From positions 2,287 to 66,286 of the forward strand of contig AWNW01000013.1 of assembly GCA_000493945.1 (NCBI GenBank): 64,000 nucleotides of DNA, given 5' to 3'. Position numbers and translations under genes: made by a program. Under the pieces are notes generated by a model. That model was not told where the DNA came from and searched no databases. It saw only the letters and a program-made list of their open reading frames with translations. How positions within the stretch are numbered: position 1 is the stretch's first letter; each line of letters begins with the position of its first letter. This document shows positions 28,539 to 39,120 of this stretch, in pieces. The DNA is from Candidatus Hydrogenedens terephthalaticus JGI OTU-1. Its GTDB lineage: Bacteria; Hydrogenedentota; Hydrogenedentia; Hydrogenedentales; Hydrogenedentaceae.

Positions 28539-29814
28539 ATGGAAAATAAATCGGATAGTGAGATTACAAAGTTAAATTGGCTGGATGAAAATATTCGAAA
28601 TTACATTCAATCTATATACAGGGTTCAGCACTTTTATTCGAATTTAACGGATATTGAGCAACTTATTGTAATCATAACAGAGGAATGTAAAAAGGCATGT
28701 AATGCTGAAGCAGGTTCTTTATTGCTCTATGATGAAAAAAAGAAAGAACTTTCTTTTCAGGTAACTCTAGGTCCGGTTGGTTCTGAAATAGTAAAGAAGG
28801 AGATTCGCATACCTATTGATTGTGGAATTGCTGGTGAAGTAGCGAGGACAAAAAGACCTTTAATTGTTAATGATGTCAAGAACGATTCTCGTTTTTTCCC
28901 GGGAGTAGATATGGCAACTCAATTTTCAACTCGAAATATTCTTGCAGTTCCATTAATTGACCGCCAACGATTGATTGGTGTTATTGAGATGGTTAATAAA
29001 AAAGGAAATGACCCTTTTTCCCATGAAGACCTTCGTTTTCTAGAAATTTTGGCATCGTGGGCTGCTTCCGCCGTAGTAAATTCGCAATTAATACAGGAGA
29101 AATTACAGGCAGAACGTTTCGCTGCCATAGGTTATACATTAACAGCATTGGCACACCACTTAAAAAACATACTCACCGGGATGTTAACCAGTACAGAACT
29201 TATCGAAAAATCATTGAATCAAAAGAATTATGAAGTTGTTCATAAAGCATGGCCTGTCCTTAAAAGAACTTCCCTTTATGTTTTCGAGTTTGTTAAAGAT
29301 TTACTGTTATTTTCTAAACCTCGAACTCCACAAAAAAACATATTGCTATTTAGAAGATATAACAAACAAGGTATCCGAATTTTTCTCTGACCTTTTTTCA
29401 AACCGTCAAATTGAACTTATTATTGATATATCCCAAGTCAAAGATAAAGTATTTCTTGACCCTAACGGTATTATCCATTGTTTGACTAACTTACTTCTAA
29501 ATTCCGGTGAAGCAGTCCCCGAAAATAAAGGGATTGTTAAAATCGAAGGAGCGTTATCTCAAAATAAAGATTTGATTATTACAGTATCCGATAATGGAAA
29601 AGGTATTCCATCTGACGATATAGAACATATCTTTGAACCTTTTTTTACAACCAAAGGGTATCGTGGAACAGGTTTAGGTTTATCCGTTACCAAAAAAATT
29701 GTAGAAGAACATGGTGGTAATATTCAGGTAGTTAGTGAAAAAGACAAAGGCACCAAGTTTATAATTACACTTCCCCAGACTAATACAGAAGTAAATAGAA
29801 AGGAGACATTTTAA
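28539..29814 (+). pseudogene. GAF-domain sensor histidine kinase interrupted by a frameshift in an A7 run
   Basis: ORF 28539..29390 carries the GAF domain and the H-box LAHHLKNIL. ORF 29230..29814, in the +1 frame, carries the N-box (LLLNSGEA) and G-boxes (DNGKGIP, GTGLGLS). The frames join cleanly at A7 (29332-29338): with A6 the read-through is ...SKPRTPQKTYCYLEDITNKV... Confidence 0.75.
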
Positions 29815-29817
29815 GCA

Positions 29818-30084
29818 ATGAAACAATTAAAAAACCTCGAGTCCGTAGGATGGATATTCTGGGCAATTTGTAGTGTCTTATTACTCATTCCGAATTACTT
29901 TCTATCGCGTGTATTACTTTATGATAATTCTCTTGGTGCTCATATAGGTTTCACTATAGGTATGTCTGCCGTTATAGGTGCCATTATTGCATGGATTGTC
30001 AATGAAATCCTTTATAGAATCAATCTTTCCAAATACAAAGAAACGAAGAAAAGAGAAAGAAAAAAGAAGAAGAAAGCCAGTTAA
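29818..30084 (+). CDS. Small two-TM membrane protein with a poly-Lys/Arg tail
   Basis: Two hydrophobic helices are followed by KETKKRERKKKKKAS. It starts 1 nt after the kinase stop codon. Confidence 0.5.
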   Translation: MKQLKNLESVGWIFWAICSVLLLIPNYFLSRVLLYDNSLGAHIGFTIGMSAVIGAIIAWIVNEILYRINLSKYKETKKRERKKKKKAS

Positions 30085-30104
30085 ATATTTTACGGAGAAT
30101 AGCC

Positions 30105-31583
30105 TTGAATTTACTTGATTTGCTTGATTATGTAGAAAAAAATCCGAAAGATTACGAAAACCGATGGAAATTGGCAAAAAAACTTTATCAAAACAAAGAT
30201 TATTCCTTAGCATTGGAACATTTATATGTACTAAAAAATGAGTGGGAACCGTATGTCAATGTTTATCGCTTTTTATCTGCCACATTATATCGTCTTGGAA
30301 AGTATGAAGAAGCCATAAACGAACTTAAAAAAGCCATTGAAAAATGGGATAAAGAACCCGGCTTATATGAACAATTAGGAAGAGCATTAATTTCTGCCGG
30401 AAAAATTGAAGAGGCACGAAAAGTTTATGAAAAACTCGCTGAAATTTGTCCTGAACACAAATGGGCACAAACCGCCGTATCACGAATAGAAAGTTTTTTA
30501 AGTAAAAAACATATTAGAAAGACCCCTTTCCCATTTACTTTCGGTTCTGATTTTGATTTACTCCCTGAATCTATATGTAAGCGTTGTGGAACGGAAAATC
30601 AAGGCTATATTGACCGATGCTGGAAATGTGGTGAGTCACTTACACCAGAAACAACTCGGTCTGATTTAACCACTACAGATATGTATTTAACCCCTGTCGC
30701 CATGTTAACACCTGAAATTATAATGCTCCTGCTTGGATTGGTTACTATTTCTTTTATATCTATAAATATCTTTATGTCTCTAAAGTTTCTAATGGGAGAT
30801 TATAAATCCGTTCATGTTAGTTTGACTTTCTGGGATATTTATCGCTATGAACTATTCCCTGCTCGCATGATTACCAGCATTCTTTTGCTCTTTATTTCAC
30901 CTATCTTTATCAAATTAGGATTAAACATCACAGGTTTAAGAGAAAAAATTCCTTACAATCTTATCATTCTGACAGGACTTATTATTGCCTCTTTTATCAA
31001 CCTGTCATCATGGTTACCCAAACCGTTATTTTTATGGGGATTTATACTGGTTCCAATCTTTTCCTTTCTTATTATTTTCGGGACATTTGCTACATCTCTT
31101 ATAAAGACATTAAACCTTTGTTTATTTCAGATGTTTATGCTATTTATATCATGTGTTATCATCTTTAGTGCTGTAGAATCTCATATCCTGAATACTTTTA
31201 TAAATCCTTTTACCCAGATTCCCGCAGTTGCCCGTTTCTTTAAATACCAGCATATACAACCTCCTCATACTATAGAAATAAGTAGTACCGATGGTTCTCC
31301 TCAAATCAAAAACATAGCCTTCGAAAAAACAGGTTCTTACTGGCTCGATATAAGAGCCAACAGAATAAAAATAGACCTTTTTTTAGACAATATTGATACA
31401 TTCATTTGTGAAGTTAATAAAGGAGAAACAAAACCCATTATCTATCAGAAAAGCAGGGCTGATAAATGGTCAGCGAATTGTTCTGTAAATACAGATGAAA
31501 TTTTTACATTCAAAATCTCGACAGAAAACAAAACCCCGTTTGTTGCCCGAATACAAAGCCTTTTTATTTTAAGTCCCCAGTAA
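30105..31583 (+). CDS. TPR-repeat, zinc-ribbon and polytopic membrane protein of unknown function
   Basis: It has a TTG start. N-terminal TPR-like helices include LGKYEEAINELKKAIE. The zinc ribbon is CKRCG...CWKCG. About 6 hydrophobic helices are followed by a soluble C-terminal domain of ~120 aa. Confidence 0.55.
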   Translation: MNLLDLLDYVEKNPKDYENRWKLAKKLYQNKDYSLALEHLYVLKNEWEPYVNVYRFLSATLYRLGKYEEAINELKKAIEKWDKEPGLYEQLGRALISAGKIEEARKVYEKLAEICPEHKWAQTAVSRIESFLSKKHIRKTPFPFTFGSDFDLLPESICKRCGTENQGYIDRCWKCGESLTPETTRSDLTTTDMYLTPVAMLTPEIIMLLLGLVTISFISINIFMSLKFLMGDYKSVHVSLTFWDIYRYELFPARMITSILLLFISPIFIKLGLNITGLREKIPYNLIILTGLIIASFINLSSWLPKPLFLWGFILVPIFSFLIIFGTFATSLIKTLNLCLFQMFMLFISCVIIFSAVESHILNTFINPFTQIPAVARFFKYQHIQPPHTIEISSTDGSPQIKNIAFEKTGSYWLDIRANRIKIDLFLDNIDTFICEVNKGETKPIIYQKSRADKWSANCSVNTDEIFTFKISTENKTPFVARIQSLFILSPQ

Positions 31584-33198
31584 ATAGCAAATATTCTCGT
31601 GCAGTTTTATTATTTGGAAAACGATAAAGACATTCCCGATACCATTTTATAGATTCTTCTTTTTTCCCCAATTCTTCTGCACATCTACCTAATAATAGAT
31701 AAATATTCCCTCCATCTGTTTTATTGAGTGCTTCTTTCAATACTTTATAAGCGTTGTGGTAGTCCTTTTTTCTCATCAACTCTTGAACATAACCTTCATA
31801 CATAGCATAAGTGGCAAATTTAGAACTCACCAAATCTTTATATTGGGATTCACAATCATATCCTAAGATTAATAGTCTTTCCGCTTGTCGAAGTTTGTAG
31901 TCTGGAATCCATAATGTATAGGTAAGAAATACAATGGATAAAAAACCAAGAGTAGAAAGAATAATTCTTGATTTATTTTTAACATTCCATAATTTTTCTA
32001 TCTGTATATTTTTTTCTTTGAAAATTATTTGCTCTTCTTTATATATAGATAAGCAGGCTACAATCAAATGAGAAGAACTTATAAAAATCGGATTTAAAAA
32101 AGAAACAAAAATAAATGCCCACCATATATAGGGTCTTCGGTAAATAAAAATAGGAGAAAAATAAAATAATCCTACAATGAAGAACCCTATTATCCCTGTT
32201 TCTGCTAACAATTCAAGTATGTCATTATGTGCATGTAAAGTCAGTAATTCATTGCTAATATGCAAACTTCCATAACTCGAGTTTAATGCATCTGCCAGAT
32301 ATTTGGGACTCCAAAAATAAAAATTTCCAAAACCCACCCCGAAAAATGGATGAGATAAAAACATTCGAATAGAACCATCATATAACCACAAACGGACACG
32401 AAACCCAATATCTATATCCGTAAAACTGTATTTTAAACGCTCATATATAAATGGCAATGTAAGTAGTATTCCTAATAACATGGCTACCAAAACATAAATG
32501 TTTTTTCTTCCATGCCTCATATCTTCTTTATATCTATTTATGAAATAAAAAACCATTATTACCGAAACTGAAAGCCATGAACTCCGTGAATTACTTAAAA
32601 TAAGTCCATATACCAAAATAAAAAAACATACGGACTTAAATATATCTCTCATTGAAATATTATCCCAGTAAAACAGGGCACTTATCATTACAATAGCAAT
32701 ATATGTTCCAGCAAGATTTTGATTGCCAAACACAGAATACAACTGTTTATAAAATGAAAATTTAGGAAATAAAACAGGTAACAAATCAAAATATTGCACA
32801 ATTAATGCGAGAGCAACCACTAACCCTGATAATAATATGCCATATTCTATAACAGTGTCATATTTTCCATCTCTATTAAAATCTGTTATCAAAACAACTG
32901 TAATAAAAACTAAAAACAATTCTGCAGAACGAACTAATGTTTGTTCTGGAACTTTTGCATACAAGCAACTCAAAAATAAATATAAATTTAGGACAAAAAA
33001 TAAAACAAGATGTATAGGGACAGATAATTCTTCCTTATTTTTTATAAAAAAAGGCAATAATAAAATTAAAAAGATACTTAACACAATCTCTTTGGGATAA
33101 AGAAATGATGTAAAGTCAAAAGAAAATACAAGCGTAGGGATGAACATAATACAGAGCAGGATAATTTTGATTATTTTTTCCTTCCCCATGAAACTCAT
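31564..33198 (-). CDS. O-antigen ligase-like (Wzy_C) polytopic membrane protein with C-terminal TPR repeats
   Basis: More than 10 TM helices. The LILSNSRSSWLS loop is typical of the O-antigen ligase/polymerase family. The C-terminal TPR-like segment includes YHNAYKVLKEAL and LGKKEESIKWYRECL. Confidence 0.7.
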   Translation of the reverse strand: MSFMGKEKIIKIILLCIMFIPTLVFSFDFTSFLYPKEIVLSIFLILLLPFFIKNKEELSVPIHLVLFFVLNLYLFLSCLYAKVPEQTLVRSAELFLVFITVVLITDFNRDGKYDTVIEYGILLSGLVVALALIVQYFDLLPVLFPKFSFYKQLYSVFGNQNLAGTYIAIVMISALFYWDNISMRDIFKSVCFFILVYGLILSNSRSSWLSVSVIMVFYFINRYKEDMRHGRKNIYVLVAMLLGILLTLPFIYERLKYSFTDIDIGFRVRLWLYDGSIRMFLSHPFFGVGFGNFYFWSPKYLADALNSSYGSLHISNELLTLHAHNDILELLAETGIIGFFIVGLFYFSPIFIYRRPYIWWAFIFVSFLNPIFISSSHLIVACLSIYKEEQIIFKEKNIQIEKLWNVKNKSRIILSTLGFLSIVFLTYTLWIPDYKLRQAERLLILGYDCESQYKDLVSSKFATYAMYEGYVQELMRKKDYHNAYKVLKEALNKTDGGNIYLLLGRCAEELGKKEESIKWYRECLYRFPNNKTAREYLLFTGDLK

Positions 33199-33216
33199 AG
33201 ATATACTCAGTAATTT

Positions 33217-34110
33217 CTATATTCTTATTGTGCTTGTATGTTTCTTTAACAAATTAAGAAAAGTCTTTTCAGTCTTTGACATGGATAAGAATCGAGGATA
33301 AATACAGACATAAGGAATGGTGGGTGTTTTCTTTATCTTTATTATTTCTACTTTTTCTTGCCAATCCATAGCCACCATTCTTGGGACAAAAGAAATACCA
33401 AAACCTTCTGCCACATACTTCATTATCACTTGAAATGAACCACCATCAATAACACATTTTGGCTCTATTTTTATTGTTTTTAAGTATTTACTAATTATTC
33501 TTCCCGTTCTCGTTTTGGAATCTATCATAACAATAGATTCATCATGCAAATCATAAATTATATCTGATGTCTTTTTCTTCGTAATAGGATGTTTTTTAGA
33601 TGTTACAAGGTAAATAGGGTCCTCACATATTTTCACTTCTTTCAAATTATTGTGTCCCACAGGTTGGGTTACAACACCGATATTAATCTCTCCCTTATAA
33701 ACCATAGTTTCTATTTCATCTGAAGAACGGGTTATAACCGACAACTGAATTTGAGGAAATTGTCGTAAAAACTCTCTAATTACCTTTGGTAATAAATGGA
33801 AGGCAAAGGTATCACTCGTACCTATTTTCAATTCTGAAGAAAACCCCTGAGTTGCTTCCTGAAAAAGCATGTTAAATTTTTTCTGCATCAATGTAAATTC
33901 TTTTGCTAATTCGTAAAAATTTTTTCCTAAAGGAGTCAGGCATTTTCTCCTGCGGTCGAATAGTTCGCCACCCAGCCTTTCTTCAATACTTTTTATTCTT
34001 TGGCTTAAGGCAGGTTGTGTCCTTCCTGTTTTTTCTGCTGCCTTCCCAAACGAACCGGTTTCTACCAGTGCACAGAAACATTGTAACGCATCGTAAGAAA
34101 AAGTTTCCAT
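33217..34110 (-). CDS. LysR-family transcriptional regulator
   Basis: N-terminal HTH FCALVETGSFGKAAEKTGRTQPALSQRIKSIE, followed by a substrate-binding domain. Confidence 0.9.
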   Translation of the reverse strand: METFSYDALQCFCALVETGSFGKAAEKTGRTQPALSQRIKSIEERLGGELFDRRRKCLTPLGKNFYELAKEFTLMQKKFNMLFQEATQGFSSELKIGTSDTFAFHLLPKVIREFLRQFPQIQLSVITRSSDEIETMVYKGEINIGVVTQPVGHNNLKEVKICEDPIYLVTSKKHPITKKKTSDIIYDLHDESIVMIDSKTRTGRIISKYLKTIKIEPKCVIDGGSFQVIMKYVAEGFGISFVPRMVAMDWQEKVEIIKIKKTPTIPYVCIYPRFLSMSKTEKTFLNLLKKHTSTIRI

Positions 34111-34269
34111 AAGTTTTACTTATAGTTTTTATAATTAAAATTCATTAGCATTATACCTTGATATATGCTATTATATCTCTAATTTTCCAGACAAATTCAT
34201 ATTCAATATGGAAGTATTATACAAAAGTGAGTCCGAGATTCATTACTTATCATATCTTTATAGTAAAGG

Positions 34270-35346
34270 ATGCCTCTAATGGATGAACAGTCAAAATTAA
34301 GTTATAAAGATGCTGGCGTTAATATTGACGCAGCCAATGAAGCCGTAGGTGAAATAAAAGAATTGGTTAAAAGAACTTTTAATGACCAGGTTTTATCTAA
34401 TATCGGCTTATTTGGTGGATTATTTCAGCCTGACCTACATGGGATAGAAGAACCTGTCCTTGTGTCAAGTATAGATGGCGTCGGAACAAAAATAAAATTA
34501 GCCATTATGGCAAACAAACACGATACCGTTGGGATAGATCTTGTTTCTCACTGTGTCAACGATATACTGGTTCAGGGAGCCAAACCGCTTTTTTTTCTGG
34601 ACTATATTGCTATGGGAAAACTTAATCCTACCACAATTGTTGAGGTAGTAAAAGGTTTAACATGGGGGTGTGGACAAGCAGGATGTGCGTTGATTGGCGG
34701 AGAAACTGCGGAAATGCCTGATGTATATCAACCCGATGAATACGATTTAGTAGGAACGATTGTAGGTATTGTAGACCGCAAAAAAATTATTGACGGGTCA
34801 AACATACAAGCAGGAGATATTATTCTTGGTTTAGCATCATCTGGACTTCATACCAACGGTTATACACTTGCAAGAAAAATATGCTTTGATGTTGCAAAAT
34901 TAAAGTTAGAAGATTCATTCCCCGGAACAAACCAATCGGTATACGACACATTAATGGCACCTCATACTTGTTATGCCAAAATCATGCAAATTGTTATTAA
35001 ACTTGCAGATGTTCGGGGTATGGCTCATATAACAGGTGGAGGAATTACTGAGAATCTGCCTCGAATCCTTCCCGAAGGTATTGGGGCAGAAATAGATCTT
35101 TCTACATGGGAAGTTCCTTATCTATTCCACTTCTTAAAAGAAACGGGCAATGTAGATGATCTTGAAATGCTACGAGTTTTCAATATGGGTATTGGATTAT
35201 TATTCATAATCCCTGAAGACCATTTGCCAAAAGTATTAAAGGCATTCGAACAAGCTGGTATTTCTGCCTATATTGTAGGAAGAACAATTCAAGGAGAAAG
35301 AAAAGTATATTATAAGGGTAATTTAAAATATGCTCAACCGAATTGA
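34270..35346 (+). CDS. purM: Phosphoribosylformylglycinamidine cyclo-ligase (AIR synthetase)
   Basis: YKDAGVNIDA, DGVGTK and GGETAEMP motifs. Confidence 0.9.
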   Translation: MPLMDEQSKLSYKDAGVNIDAANEAVGEIKELVKRTFNDQVLSNIGLFGGLFQPDLHGIEEPVLVSSIDGVGTKIKLAIMANKHDTVGIDLVSHCVNDILVQGAKPLFFLDYIAMGKLNPTTIVEVVKGLTWGCGQAGCALIGGETAEMPDVYQPDEYDLVGTIVGIVDRKKIIDGSNIQAGDIILGLASSGLHTNGYTLARKICFDVAKLKLEDSFPGTNQSVYDTLMAPHTCYAKIMQIVIKLADVRGMAHITGGGITENLPRILPEGIGAEIDLSTWEVPYLFHFLKETGNVDDLEMLRVFNMGIGLLFIIPEDHLPKVLKAFEQAGISAYIVGRTIQGERKVYYKGNLKYAQPN

Positions 35347-38296
35347 AGTAACAATCCGTCCTGAATTAGAAGACCCCATAGGGAAAAGTCTATGTTCTCA
35401 AATCAAGGACGACCTCTCTATTATATGTAAATCAGTTCGCGTAGTAGATGTTTATACTATTTTAGCCGAATTAACAACAGAAGAACTCGAAAAAGTAGCG
35501 ACAGAACTTTTTACGGATTCCGTTATTCAAATCGCTTCTATAAACCAACATATACAATTTCCTCAGGAATACCAACATGTAGTAGAAGTGGGTTTTCGTC
35601 CGGGTGTAACGGACAATGTTGGTAAAAGTGCGCGAGAAGGTATACAGGACACATTATCGAGAAATCTAAAGCCTGAAGAATTAGTATTTAAATCTACAAT
35701 GTATTGGTTCTCAGGTTTATCGAAGGAAGATTGTTCTCGTGTTGCTCAACAACTCCTTGCAAATGAACTTATACAACACTGGAAAGTCTTGTCTTTAGAT
35801 GAATTATCCAGCAAAAAAGATATTTCGCTATTACCTATTCCCTTAGTAACTGAAAAAACAGAATCTATCGTCGAAACAATATCTCTAAACCTTTCCGACT
35901 CCGAATTATTAGAATTAAGTCAAAAAAGACTGTTAGCGCTTGACTTGCGCGAAATGAAAGCCATAAAAGAATACTACGAAAATCCGATTACAAGGAAACA
36001 TCGCACAGCATTAAACCTTCCCGAATATCCAACGGACATTGAACTTGAAATATTGGCACAAACATGGTCTGAACATTGTAAACACAAGATATTCAACGCA
36101 GAAATAAAATTTGAAGATAATAACGGGAATTATACAGTAGTCAATAGCCTATTTAAGACCTTCATCAAATCTACTACTGAAAAATTAAAATCAGAAATTC
36201 CGTGGTTGGTTAGTGTTTTCCATGACAATGCGGGATTAATAGAGTTTGATGAAGAACATCTCATCTCAATGAAAGTCGAAACACACAACAGCCCTTCTGC
36301 ATTAGACCCCTATGGTGGCGCTATTACAGGAATTGTAGGGGTTAATCGGGATATTTTAGGCGCCGGTTTAGGATGCCGATGCATTCTTAATACAGATATT
36401 TTTTGTTTTGCATCTCCTTTCTATGAAGGAAAAATCCCGGAACGATTACTTCATCCACGGCGTGTATTACGAGGAGTTCATGCAGGCGTCCGTGATGGCG
36501 GAAATCAAAGCGGTATTCCCACGGTAAACGGTGCTATTGTTTTTCATGAACGGTTTTTAGGGAAACCTCTTGTATTCTGTGGAACAGGCGGTATTATTCC
36601 AAAGAAAATAAACAATAAATTAGCCCATGAGAAAAAAGCATATAAAGGCGACCTCATTGTAATGATAGGAGGGCGAATTGGTAAAGATGGCATTCATGGA
36701 GCGACATTTTCCTCCGAAGAATTACATGAAGGTTCACCAGTAACCGCTGTTCAAATAGGCGACCCAATTACACAAAAAAAGTTATCGGATTTTCTTTTCG
36801 AAGCAAGAGACCGTGGATTATACAACGCAATAACAGATAACGGAGCAGGGGGATTATCTTCAAGTGTAGGCGAAATGGCAAGAGGTTCCGGTGGTGCAAA
36901 AATTCATTTAGACCGTGCCCCTCTCAAATATGCTGGATTAGCACCCTGGGAAATTTTCCTGTCGGAATCACAGGAACGAATGACTGTCGCTGTATCACCT
37001 CAACATATTAATGAATTTATGAAACTTGCGCAAAAAAGAGATGTTGAATCTACCGTTTTAGGAGAATTTACCGATTCAGGCTTTCTGGAATGTTACTTTA
37101 ATGGTAAATTAATTGCATCCTTGTCTATGGATTTTCTACACGATGGCGTTCCTACAATGAATTTACGAGCAAAATTAGCAAGTTCAGAGACAAAGCCCTT
37201 TTACATACAACATAAAGATAATCTCACTGAAGACCTATTACATGTATTAAGCAGTTTGAATGTTTGTAGTAAAGAAACCTTTGTCAGAATGTATGACCAC
37301 GAAGTTCAGGCTCAAACAGTGATTAAACCTTTCCAGGGAATTACCCATGATGGTCCCGGTGATGCAACCGTTATTCGCCCTGTTTATAACTCCAATCGCG
37401 GACTGGCAATTAGTTGTGGTATTTGTCCTAAATACAGTGATTTAGACTGTTACCAGATGTCTACAAATGCTGTAGACGAAGCCGTCAGAAATTTAGTAGC
37501 AGTAGGTGTAAAATTAGGTGATATTGCAGGATTAGATAATTTTTGCTGGCCTGATCCTGTGGAAAGTGAAAAGACACCCGATGGCGCACATAAATTAGCC
37601 CAATTGGTTTTAGCCTGTCAGGGTTTGCATGATACCTGCCTTGCGTATAAAGTTCCTCTCATAAGTGGTAAAGATAGCATGAAAAATGATTACAAAATCG
37701 GGGACATCAAAATATCCATTCCACCCACATTACTATTCACGGCAATCGGTTTTGTAGAAGATATACAAAATACAATGACTATGGATGTAAAAAAACCCGG
37801 AGATAGAGTTTATCTCATTGGTAAAACTGTTGAAGCAATAGGTGGAAGTGAATGGGCAGAAATTCATAAGTTTGAAGGTGGAACTGTTCCCACCGTTAAC
37901 ACGGACAAAGCCATACACCAATATAACCGAATATACGAATCTATAAAAAACAGGTGGATTTCATCCTGTCATGACTGTTCTGATGGTGGTCTTGCGGTTG
38001 CATTAGCAGAAAGTGCTTTTGCAGGTGGGCTCGGTATGAAAATAGATATTAATACAATAGGCGTACATAACGATATTGTTGCTCTATTCAGTGAAACACC
38101 CTGCCGACATGTCGTTACTGTTTCTCCTCAATATGAAAACGATTTTCTGAGATTAATGAATGGTTTAGATATTTTCTATTTAGGTGAAGTAATAGAACAA
38201 CCTCAATTTTTAGTATACGGTATTACAAATGACCTTATTATCAATACTTCTATTTACGAACTTAAAGAAGCATGGCAGAAAACTCTACGGATATAA
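35330..38296 (+). CDS. purL: FGAM synthase subunit PurL with two N-terminal PurS-like domains (PurS-PurS-PurL fusion)
   Basis: The length is 988 aa. About 230 aa of N-terminal PurS-like repeats (IEVTIRPELEDPIG..., VEVGFRPGVTDNVG...) precede the PurL core (WSEHCKHK, ETHNSPSALDPYGGA). It overlaps the purM stop by 17 nt. Confidence 0.85.
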   Translation: MLNRIEVTIRPELEDPIGKSLCSQIKDDLSIICKSVRVVDVYTILAELTTEELEKVATELFTDSVIQIASINQHIQFPQEYQHVVEVGFRPGVTDNVGKSAREGIQDTLSRNLKPEELVFKSTMYWFSGLSKEDCSRVAQQLLANELIQHWKVLSLDELSSKKDISLLPIPLVTEKTESIVETISLNLSDSELLELSQKRLLALDLREMKAIKEYYENPITRKHRTALNLPEYPTDIELEILAQTWSEHCKHKIFNAEIKFEDNNGNYTVVNSLFKTFIKSTTEKLKSEIPWLVSVFHDNAGLIEFDEEHLISMKVETHNSPSALDPYGGAITGIVGVNRDILGAGLGCRCILNTDIFCFASPFYEGKIPERLLHPRRVLRGVHAGVRDGGNQSGIPTVNGAIVFHERFLGKPLVFCGTGGIIPKKINNKLAHEKKAYKGDLIVMIGGRIGKDGIHGATFSSEELHEGSPVTAVQIGDPITQKKLSDFLFEARDRGLYNAITDNGAGGLSSSVGEMARGSGGAKIHLDRAPLKYAGLAPWEIFLSESQERMTVAVSPQHINEFMKLAQKRDVESTVLGEFTDSGFLECYFNGKLIASLSMDFLHDGVPTMNLRAKLASSETKPFYIQHKDNLTEDLLHVLSSLNVCSKETFVRMYDHEVQAQTVIKPFQGITHDGPGDATVIRPVYNSNRGLAISCGICPKYSDLDCYQMSTNAVDEAVRNLVAVGVKLGDIAGLDNFCWPDPVESEKTPDGAHKLAQLVLACQGLHDTCLAYKVPLISGKDSMKNDYKIGDIKISIPPTLLFTAIGFVEDIQNTMTMDVKKPGDRVYLIGKTVEAIGGSEWAEIHKFEGGTVPTVNTDKAIHQYNRIYESIKNRWISSCHDCSDGGLAVALAESAFAGGLGMKIDINTIGVHNDIVALFSETPCRHVVTVSPQYENDFLRLMNGLDIFYLGEVIEQPQFLVYGITNDLIINTSIYELKEAWQKTLRI

Positions 38297-38305
38297 GGAA
38301 ACTCT

Positions 38306-39091
38306 ATGATACAAGTTCTTGTTCTAACAGGTTTTGGTATAAATTGTGAACGGGAAACAGCACACACCTTCCAACGGGCCGGTGGAGAACCTTTACTCAT
38401 CCATCTCAATGATTTAATTGAAAAACCAGATTATCTCGATAAATCTAAAATTCTTGCTATTCCCGGCGGGTTCTCTTTTGGCGATGATATAGCATCCGGC
38501 AGAATATTAGCCAATAGACTCCGTTATCGTTTAGAAAAACCTCTACAAAAATTTATTAACGACGGGAAACTTATTATTGGTATATGCAATGGCTTCCAGG
38601 TCATGGTTAAAATGGGCATCCTGCCGCTGTTTCAAAAAGAATTTAAACAATTAGTAACTTTAACTCACAATAATTCCGGTCGTTTTGAAGATAGATGGGT
38701 TCATCTAAATATAAACATAAGTTCGCCGTGTATCTGGACAAAAGGTATAGAAAATATAGAATTACCTGTTCGGCATGGGGAAGGAAAATTTATCGCGAGA
38801 GATGATATTGTATTAAAGCAACTTAAAGAAAACTATCAAATCGTGATACAATATGCAAAAAAAGATAAGTCATTGGCAAAGGGAGAATATCCCGCTAACC
38901 CCAATGGTTCCATAGATGACATCGCCGGCATTTGCGACCCATCAGGTAGGATTTTTGGTTTAATGCCTCATCCTGAAGCCTTTTGGGACGCCAAATTACA
39001 TCCTTTATGGCACCGTCTTCAACTTAAAGGATCCGGAGATGGGCTAAAAATATTTGAGAATGGAGTTTCTTTTGCTAATTCTCATCTATAA
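38306..39091 (+). CDS. purQ: FGAM synthase glutaminase subunit
   Basis: Class I GATase with nucleophile GICNGFQ, plus HGEG and MPHPE. Confidence 0.9.
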   Translation: MIQVLVLTGFGINCERETAHTFQRAGGEPLLIHLNDLIEKPDYLDKSKILAIPGGFSFGDDIASGRILANRLRYRLEKPLQKFINDGKLIIGICNGFQVMVKMGILPLFQKEFKQLVTLTHNNSGRFEDRWVHLNINISSPCIWTKGIENIELPVRHGEGKFIARDDIVLKQLKENYQIVIQYAKKDKSLAKGEYPANPNGSIDDIAGICDPSGRIFGLMPHPEAFWDAKLHPLWHRLQLKGSGDGLKIFENGVSFANSHL

Positions 39092-39120
39092 CATAGTAAC
39101 TTTTAATAGATTTACAATAT

